Assembly (NCBI RefSeq): GCF_964355755.1
Contig: NC_092680.1
Span: 3,720,001-3,784,000, forward strand
Reading direction: 5' to 3'
Length of the DNA: 64,000 nt
Source of the DNA: Antedon mediterranea
Lineage: Eukaryota > Animalia > Echinodermata
The number at the start of each line of letters is the position of its first letter. Position 1 is the first letter of the stretch. The notes beneath the pieces were generated by a model, which was given only the letters and a program-made list of their open reading frames with translations, did not search any database and had not been told where the DNA came from. Of the stretch, positions 55,901 to 64,000 are shown piece by piece. The translations under genes and the position numbers were made by a program.

Positions 55901-58900
55901 TAAACCTTTGTATAAAGTAGAATCGTACAAAATACTTACCGGTAGTGGACATAACTTATTGTTTACTTTCACACAAACACTCCCTGGAAATTTGTCATCT
56001 TGCTCACAACTTGTTTCTGCTAGACAAAACCTTCAAAATAAAAAATATCAATGAAAAAATAAGTATAAAATATGAATTAAAAATGAAAAAGGAATGTTAG
56101 TTAATGTTAATAACAAATCTGTTAATAATATATTTATTTAAGGCAAGCCAAAATATGAGCATTTTAATTTCCATTACATTGGATAACAAAAGGAATCTCT
56201 ATATGTACATCATTGATTGATTTTTTTTAAACTTAATAATTTATTAATTATTAAAAAAATCAATCCAAAAAAGGATATTCCAACAATTAAAAGGTGGATA
56301 CATGCCCTTTAAACTAAAGCTCTGTCTACACTATTAAACTTTATTTTACAAAAAGATGTGGTGTGCTTATATATGGACCTAATGATGTCATATCATTACC
56401 ATATTTAGGCACATCACACTTTTTTTTGTCAAATTTAGTTTGTTATCTAATTATAATAAGACCCTGGGATTGAGTTTAACCAAAGAACATTGATTTAAAA
56501 ATAATACGCTTCCAACATTAAACTAAATTAATAATCATACATTTTAATTATTAATGATTGATTTCATAAGATGAATTATATGTACTGTTCAGGTCTTTAT
56601 GGTAATTAAGGATTTTTTGTTTAATTAATGATATTTTATCATAACAATATTCAGTAAGTGTTTTTCATGTTTTGTTTGCTATGAAAAAAAAAACAAAACA
56701 ATTTCACAGAATGTCTAATCAAACGGGAAGTGATAAAGTATCAAAAGATTATTATTATAATTTTTCTTGTTGAGAGATCCATAGATAAACCACAATAACC
56801 TTCTGTTCTAACAGCTGTATGTTTCTAATCCATGGCGTGCAGTAAATAAAAACAGGAATATTAAGTCTCTCAACCTGCTTTGACTTTTTCAATTATTGTA
56901 CCACACTGTAAGCAAGCCAGTCGATTCTAATTCACCAATCTACAAAATTTATGCATCAGTTGATTGTCCAGTATTTGACCATGGAGTAAATCTCAATTAA
57001 AGTATTTAATTGTAACGCATTTATTGGTTTCGGGCTTGTTTCTTTTGAATATTGTAATGTCACCAGTTGGAGAGATAAAGGACAGTCTAGTACTGATAAA
57101 CTTAGAATCAATTTGTATTCACTTGTAGTTGTACATGATTGACATTAAACCATAGCCTTGTTAGACTAAAGTATTTCAACCTTACAACAAATGTTAGTAG
57201 CATTGTTGTAGAATATGTCTTTTGTAAACAAAACCTTTCTGTACCTACACTATCTAACTTTATGTGACGTCACTACCACATTTGGGCATATCACTACCAA
57301 ATTTGGGCATATAACTACCATATTTGGGCATCACACTTTCTTTTTGTCCAATTAGTTTGTAGAAAGAGCTTAATACCTTGAAATTGTTTAAATACCCTGT
57401 GAAATATATCCGTGCTGCTACTACTACAGTATTACAATTGTTAATAATTCATTTAAATATGCAGTGTGGAGGAATTGACTTACCTTAATTGAACTTGTAC
57501 TGCATATTCTATTCGTGGATTCGGTGTCCAAGACTCACGAATCATCTGTAATTGCTGCGGTGTTAGGTGAAATAACACGGTTCTTTGGATTTCTCTATAT
57601 TTACCAGATGGCACTGTCATTTAAGAATATTAATCAGCTTATTAATTTACACAGTAAAGCCTCTATTAAGGGGACACTTTCAGGAACCAACAAAGTGTCC
57701 TTTGAATAGGGGTGTCCCTTGAATAGGTACTGTAGGATTATCCCTTGAATAGGGGTGTCACTTGAATAGGTAGGATTATCCCTTGAATAGGTAGGATTAT
57801 CCCTTGAATAGGTAGGATTATCCCTTGAATAGGGGTGTCACTTGAATAGGTAGAATTATCTCTTGAATAGGTAGGATTATCCCTTGAATAGGTAGGATTA
57901 TCCCTTGAATAGGTAGGATTATCCCTTGAATAGGTAGGATTATCCCTTGAATAGGGGTGTCACTTGAATAGGTAGGATTATCCCTTGAATAGGTAGGATT
58001 ATCCCTTGAATAGGTAGGATTATCCCTTGAATAGGGGTGTCACTTGAATAGGTAGAATTATCTCTTGAATAGGTAGGATTATCCCTTGAATAGGTAGGAT
58101 TATCCCTTGAATAGGTAGGATTATCCCTTGAATAGGTAGGATTATCCCTTGAATAGGGGCGTCACTTGAATAGGTAGGAATGTCCTTTGAATAGGAATGT
58201 CCCTTGAATAGGAATGTCCCTTGAATAGGGGTGTCCCTTGAATATTAATGTCCCTTGAATAGGGGTGTCCCTTGAATAGGAATGTCCCTTGAATAGGGGT
58301 GTCCCTTGAAAAGGAATGTCCCTTGAATAGGGGTGTCCCTTGAAAAGGAATGTCCCTTGAATAGGGGTGTCCCTTGAAAAGGAATGTCCCTTGAATAGGG
58401 GTGTTTCTTGAATAGGGGTGTTTCTTGAATAGGGGTGTCCCTTGAAAAGGAATGTCCCTTGAATAGGTAGGAGTGTCACTTCAATAGGGATGTAACTTCA
58501 ATAGGGATATCCCTTTAATAGGATTGTCACTTGAATAGGATTGTCACTTGAATAGGAGTACCCCTTCAATAGGGATGTCAACAGTAGAAAAACACTTACC
58601 AAATGTTTTATTTGAACAATAAAAAGTAAATGAAAATCAATCATTATTTCTTTAAAAAAACCAATTCCAGTACTTACCCAGACCAGTTGGTTTTACTAGG
58701 TCATCTTGGATATCATAAAACGGTAATGGACAAAATTTAACATCAGGTCTAACAGGCTGAGGTGAGGTCAGTTCAATATGTTGACCTCCCACGTGCTGTG
58801 GTGTATGTTGCTGAGAACTAAACGGATAGAATTGTGGAAACTGCGGTAATGCTGGATTGTTTGGCGGCGATATTCTTTCTGTTACCGTTTGATTTGTATT

Positions 58901-60462
58901 CCTACTGGTACTATTTGAATTTCCAACTGCTACTTGCGGTGGGCTAACTAATCGCCTAGGGAATCGTCTCCTATTTAGCTCTTTTATTTTAATTTCAACC
59001 GGTGTATTACAATTGTTTTTTAGCAACGCAAGTGCCCTTGCTTGGAGTTCATGTTTACGACCACTTTTGTTCCTTCCGGCAAATCCTAACAATACTTGTA
59101 ATTCAGAAACACGAAAACTCATAACCATTCGCTGGAAAAAATATACAGAATTACTCAGACATGGATGTAATTGTGCTAAGCTAGGTACAGTAAGATACTG
59201 TGCTCACTTTCTAAGGCTATCTGTATTTTCAAAAGAGCACTGACTTGTTTGTCGATTTTCGCTGAGTGCAATTTTTTTCTTATTTTTAACATCATTGTGT
59301 TTATAGTGTGTAAAAATTTACCATTACTTTATCGTGAATATGTACCTTACAATATTTATTATTAAGGAAAATTATTATTATGAAGGAAAATCATACAAAA
59401 AGTAACAAATTCTTTAAATTGATGATTCTAAAGATGGATTTCTCGCACACTGTTCTTAAACTCTATGTTGAAGTGGAAGAAAAATGTTTATTAATTCTGT
59501 TTCTTTTATCAGCATAGAACTAGGTAGAGAGTTGAAAGTGCCTACAGAAACCTAAAACCTTAAATTTGACGCATGGTCAACCATGCCTATAGAAAATAAT
59601 AAATTACACACGCATAGTTGACCGTGCTGATAGCCTCAATGAAATAAATACAGAACTCATTATGTACTGTACAGTATGGAAAGGTAAACATGGTTAAAAA
59701 AATAATTACATATCATGAATTAAATTTAAATTGTTATGATGCTTATGGCTCTAGCTAGGCCAGATCTGCTATCTATAAGCAAGTGTAGTTAGCTATAGTA
59801 GTAGGGTAGGGAGTACCCTCATGGAGTAAAGATGGTACCCTGTAGGCAAAGTAGTAGAATAAATAGGGCAGGCTAACACAGAGTTAGACAATACTTTACA
59901 TTTACTTTACAACATGAAGACCTTTGTATGCTGTAAAAATAAGAGGTTAAACGTCACAACGTGTCATCTCAGTCGTCAGTCAGCTGAAAAGGGGCCAACA
60001 CCAGATTTTATCTTTTGAAATCAAATTATGTTATGCAACATTTGCAACAAGTTACCAAAAAAATACTTATCCTAAATTTATAGGCAAGGCCTGCCTGGCC
60101 TAGAACAGCAGTACGATTAATACAAAATATAACAACCCAAGTGCGGTGTGGCCTAAGCCCAAAGGCTAAATAAAGGCTTCATCAATCAAGATGATTGCCC
60201 ACTGACGAATACCCTGATGAAGGCTGATCGATCTATCGTACACCGCTAGCCTCCACACAGTCGGCCGGACAAAACAAATTGCGCTCTAAAAGTCATTCGA
60301 TTGATTTAGCCCTTTATTAAACCTTACAAAAAGTGAATACATATTACACGGAAAGTTAAATTCATCCACGGCCTAAAGATATGTCCGATATGTAAAAATA
60401 GCATATGAAAGGACCACAAACTGACAAATATTGCTTACTTTTAATTCCATATAGTCCGACAT
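31903..60462 (-). CDS. PIAS: PIAS family E3 SUMO ligase (SAP, PINIT, SP-RING, SIM), spliced isoform ending in DIISLD
   Basis: Phase-consistent exons: 60462-60439, 59131-58678, 57613-57484, 56030-55940, 53501-53367, 53150-53045, 44558-44390, 43821-43756, 43148-42955, 40754-40616, 32589-32429, 32274-32246, 31998-31903. [28 protein letters not shown]; [14 protein letters not shown]; [42 protein letters not shown]; SIM VEYVDLT; C-terminal QDIISLD as in vertebrate PIAS1/2beta/3. Confidence 0.9.
35555..35622 (-). mobile_element. Orphan hAT-like terminus
   Basis: Minus strand CAGTGGTGGTGCCAGCGGGGGGTTACGGGGGCTGTATCCCC; the partner end was not found. Confidence 0.45.
35837..37931. mobile_element. Nested non-autonomous DNA transposon (2.1 kb), 14-bp TIR, 6-bp TSD
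   Basis: CAGTGGGACAGCCA ... TGGCTTTCCCACTG; CAAGTT on both flanks; internal direct repeat TTGGGATGCA(G/C)CTCCGACTATTCA near 36222 and 37568. Confidence 0.8.
38308..38369. repeat. 16-bp GC-rich tandem repeat, about 4 copies
   Basis: GCTGCCTGGGGTGGAG repeated. Confidence 0.8.
38977..39271. mobile_element. Tc1/mariner-type MITE with internal 17-bp tandem array
   Basis: CAGTAGAAC...GTTCTACTG-TA ends; internal (TCCGCTTAATATAGGTG)n. Decayed relatives near 30655-30721 and 38590-38810. Confidence 0.7.
39763..40754 (-). CDS. PIAS: Alternative long terminal exon of PIAS (reads through the internal donor at 40615)
   Basis: Frame stays open for about 330 codons from the acceptor at 40754 to TAA at 39763; Ser/Pro/acidic composition, NLS-like RKRK, Tyr/Pro/Asn-rich tail. 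Confidence 0.75.
40083..40275 (-). repeat. 15-bp coding minisatellite ([15 protein letters not shown] pentapeptides, about 12-13 copies)
   Basis: 15-nt periodicity in frame with the PIAS long exon. Confidence 0.9.
41480..42841. repeat. 71-bp minisatellite, about 19 copies, in a PIAS intron
   Basis: Unit GGAGGTACACACCT(G/A)ATTGGTGACAGTGGCTTAGGCTGCTTTTGTGCTTTCCTGGCAGCTAGT(G/C)ACTATGT. Confidence 0.96.
51475..51690 (-). mobile_element. Partial Deu-domain SINE
   Basis: Minus strand GGTTCGAGGCC..ACTATAAACCGTAGGTCC...AGTAGGGGGTTACTCCGGTG, similar to the copy at 11768. Confidence 0.55.
51692..53039. repeat. 50-bp AT-rich minisatellite, about 27 copies, abutting a PIAS splice donor
   Basis: Unit ATAGGGTGGGATAACACACAATGTT(T/A)AATAACATTAAAATTAAACATTAA. 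Confidence 0.96.
57652..58584. repeat. Tc1-like MITE whose internal repeat has expanded into 21-bp and 17-bp arrays
   Basis: Starts CAGTAAAGCCTCTATTAAGGGACAC, then (ATCCCTTGAATAGGTAGGATT)n, then (GTCCCTTGAATAGG[GG/AA]T)n. Confidence 0.85.
59813..59841. mobile_element. Excision footprint of the P-family element seen at 33807
   Basis: GTACCCT-CATGGAGTAAAG-ATG-GTACCCT: 7-bp TSD around the first 12 nt of the left TIR and the last 3 nt of the right TIR. Confidence 0.8.
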
Positions 60463-60639
60463 CTTGCTGGTTGTTCAAAACTACAATCTCGTACCAAATT
60501 GTGCACATGCGCAATAAGTTTGAACTGCAGCAATGCATTTCGGGATACATAATTGAAAATATTACTTCCGTCGTGTGATCCTCTAGGCAACCAGACGCCT
60601 ACACTGTCTTTAAAGTTGTAGATTTTATGTTTAAAAAAA
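60463..60639. promoter_or_regulatory. Compact bidirectional promoter for PIAS and KATNAL2
   Basis: Only 177 bp between divergent ATGs; NRF1-like TGCACATGCGCA at 60502-60513 and ETS-like ACTTCCG at 60564-60570. Confidence 0.8.
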
Positions 60640-63561
60640 ATGGAATCACTTAGTTATGTAACACTAAAATCAGCAAACCAAGCAAGGGAGGCGGTATGTG
60701 GTAGTTATACGCTTCATATTCAAATGTAGCCTGAATAGGCCCTGCTAGGCTAGGCTAAAATGTAGCCTAACTAATTAATTTGATTGGGATTCGGAGGCTG
60801 CTCTCTCTCTCATTCGGCGGGTAGGCTAGGCTTCTAGGCCTAGGGCCTATATAGGCCTAGCCTTGCTAGGCCTAGGTAGATTATACTGTAGGTAGGCCTA
60901 GTGGGTAGGCTACTGCTGCAGGATCTGCTGGTGGTACAGTAGTGTGTGTTTTTGTGTGGGGGAGAGTGTAGTTAAGTGAAGAATGTGATGTGAACATTTT
61001 TTTTTTAAAAAAACAACTTTATTTTCAGGAAGAACAAAGGACAGAACAACGAAAACGAAATCTGTTAGTTCTTGTGCTTCATCACCTGGTCGATTCAGGA
61101 TATTTAGAGTCTGCTAAAGCATTAGAATCAGAGGGAAACCTGAGTTTTAGCAGATTTGAAGTGTGTGATAATATAGATCTACCAACTATTCTTATGGTAA
61201 GCATGATGATGTCATATCACTACCATATTGGGGCACATCACACTTTTTTTGTCAAACTAGTTTTATAGTATAGTGTAGACAGAGCTTATGTCTATAGACT
61301 ATATAATATTAATAAACATTTCCTTAACATAACGTATGATTTTTCTAATGATTTCAAATTCATTTTTAGGAATATGAATCCTATTTCTATGTAAAGTTTG
61401 GGAAATATCCAAAAATAACAAAAAAATTATCATCAGGTAAGTTTAAAAGTTGATTTAAATACTGTATTAATATGAAGAATATTGATAAAGTTATTATAAA
61501 GTTATATTTACTAAAACAAAAAAGCAATTTTCTTCTCAATGGCATAATGGTAATAGGGTTTATTACAAACAAAAAGGTACTGTATACTGTAATGTGCCAT
61601 ATATTGCCTGTTCAAGCTAATACATTTATTATTGAATGTGTGAATGTCTTTCTATGGGGTAATCCTATGTCTATCTTATTGTAGTCATACTAAGATCAAT
61701 ATTTAATACAACAACTGTATTATTTTTTGTAAAATTTATAATCATTGTTAGGCTGCAGTATCATTATTATTTCATTTTGTCGTTTTCAGGTGATGTTCCT
61801 CAACAGAAAGGAAGTGGAAAGAAGTAAGTTGTTTCAAAGCTATAAAGTACTGTAGGGTAGTAGGAATCGAGAAATTTTTACAAAAAGTTAAAGTAGATCA
61901 TTTTTATTTTTAAAAAAACGCATCCAACTGTGAGCACAAACTCACCAATTACAGGATGGATAAACTAAATTATAATTTAGTGTCATTTGAGGCTTAGGGA
62001 GTGGAGTTGAAAGAGTTGCGAGTTACAACCCTGGCACTAGGTCAGGATTGAACCCTGGAGATTGGATGTTAACCACCAAGCTACAGCTATTTAATTTATT
62101 ATAATCTAAACATAATTATGTTTGGACTGAATTTTAAAATAATAAGATCTTTTAATTTTATTTCCTTAAGTTAATCAACTGTTTGAAATTTGTTACAGGA
62201 ACCGAAATGGCAGTACTCCAAGTTTACCCAAAATTTCAGACCCAAAGGATGGCGCCTCATCGGCCACTTCTGCCTCGCGACGGAGACCAACGTCTTCAAA
62301 CCCAGCAATGCGTAAGCAACACAGTCTTGATCGGAAGCCTAAAGAAATGAACATTAAATCACAACAGGTAAATTATTTATAAAAAGCTTTTTTTTTTAAA
62401 ATCTTAAATGATTAAATAAGATTTACTCTCGCCATGATCTTGTTGGTGCTGCTGCACCTGACATTGTCTATTAGTGGGATGTCTCTTTCATTTAGGCTAT
62501 ACAATAGAAAGGTAGAATATAGGTAACTGGCTAAATATTTCATAAATGATAAAAACAACCCGTCGGGTTGCAGATAAATAAAATTATTTTAGGGTTCTAC
62601 ATGCAAAATGCATAACTTAGACTTATCACAATGTGAATCCTATGTTATATTTCCAGGTCAATGGTAATGCTGAGCCACTGTCTGACCTAGCTGTATCAGG
62701 ATCAACGGTAGCTTCTCCTAAAGGCAGTGATGCAGATGGACATAGGGGCAACTCTGGTAAACTACCTCCACGTAGGGGTCCGATAATTGACATGAAAGCC
62801 ATGCTAAATAACGCAGTAAAAGGGGCTACACAAGAGTACCTTACAGATTCAGATCCTTCAGTAAGTATTTGAAAAAAATTCAGCACAAAATTTAAAAAAA
62901 ATCAAGCCTGTAACCAGGATTTGTAATTAAATAATTTCTCCATGATGAGTGTAAGTAAGCACTATTGGCAGGGAACCTGCTGAAGATAAGATTGTTTAAA
63001 GCTCTGTCTACACTATCAAACTTTATGTGACAAAAAAATATGATATGCCCATATGAACATGATCGATGTCATATCACTACCATATTTGGGAATACCCCTA
63101 CCATATTAGGGCATGTCACACAATTTTTGTCAAACTAGTTTAATAGTGTAGACAGAGCTTTAGATTTAGCCTAGTAGATAATATGTGTCTGCTAATTAGG
63201 TAGGATTACCTATGTCATGAGCTGAGCCTATTTACTAAAACTTTTGCTGCTAGTCTATAATTTCCGATCTCCGGCTTGAAAAAGATGCGTCAGGAAGCCC
63301 CTGGCTACTATCTTCAAAGTGCAAGCTTTTTATGTAATTCTGAAGGTCCAACAAATCAATTATTTTTTTTAATGTTTTATTCAGGACAGATTACTAAAAC
63401 CTCTTGGAGGCTATGCTGGTTACTCTCTTGAATGGCGTGAATTAGCACAGAGTATTAGTAAAGATATTTATTTAAATAATCCGAACGTACGATGGGATGA
63501 CATCATAGGTCTAGATGCAGCCAAACGTCTTGTCAAGGAATCAGTAGTCTATCCAATTAAG
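60640..63561 (+). CDS. KATNAL2: Katanin p60 ATPase-containing subunit A-like 2 (LisH + start of AAA domain); continues beyond the window
   Basis: Phase-consistent exons: 60640-60693, 61029-61196, 61370-61436, 61790-61823, 62199-62367, 62657-62860, 63385-63561. [18 protein letters not shown]; Lis[29 protein letters not shown]; [33 protein letters not shown]; DRLLKPL...[28 protein letters not shown]. Confidence 0.95.
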
Positions 63562-64000
63562 GTGAGTTATTCATTTAATTCTTTTTATTGTTTTAATTAA
63601 AGATGTAGTGTCCCCCAAAAAGTTGAAAATTTAGATTAAAATCAGAATTTAAATAGGCCATTTTGCAGTTTTAATCAAGTTATTCACTTCTGTAATGAAA
63701 AAACAAAAATTATTTCACTTATAAAAAGACAAAAGAAATGGTTAATTTTAACCAAAAACCATTGTCTGACAGAGAATGTAGGTATTTTGTGCTTTAAATT
63801 GCATTTTTTTTTTCAGGAAAATAATTTCCCTGTTTTTGGTCAAATTGAATAACTATTATGTGACAAAAAAATTTACACAATTTATTTTTTAGGGGGACAA
63901 TATACTGCCAGTTGGTTTTTCAGGCAAATCAAATCATAACAGCTTATTCAAATCAGCAGTCAGTCATAGTATACCATTTACATTAAAATTGTTTTTTCTT

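Noticed and set aside
56980-56990. Third P-element footprint (CATGGAGTAAA)
   Set aside because: 11-nt TIR match without a flanking duplication; insufficient on its own.
58162-58479. 105-aa repetitive ORF
   Set aside because: Translation of the 17-bp array; no splice context or homology.

Overview
AT-rich animal genomic DNA, probably an invertebrate deuterostome (echinoderm-like; inference only). It holds four intron-rich genes in two head-to-head pairs: ZFR (- strand, 16 exons, runs off the left edge) with AGGF1 (+), and a PIAS SUMO E3 ligase (-) with KATNAL2 (+, runs off the right edge). Exon chains were rebuilt by hand from GT-AG sites and phases. Introns are packed with about 17 copies of one Harbinger-type MITE, Deu-domain and tRNA-derived SINEs, large minisatellites and non-autonomous DNA transposons, including a nested P-superfamily element and two P-type excision footprints. 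No intact transposase was found. Top leads: (1) a candidate PIAS stop-codon readthrough cassette (UGA-C, 10-nt spacer, stem-loop, 29-aa extension, splice donor 8 nt after the second stop) that could couple readthrough to NMD escape; (2) hairpin-buried tandem poison/in-frame acceptors in ZFR; (3) P-element footprints; (4) a triplicated AGGF1 C-terminus; (5) the PIAS-KATNAL2 divergent pair, also seen in human.
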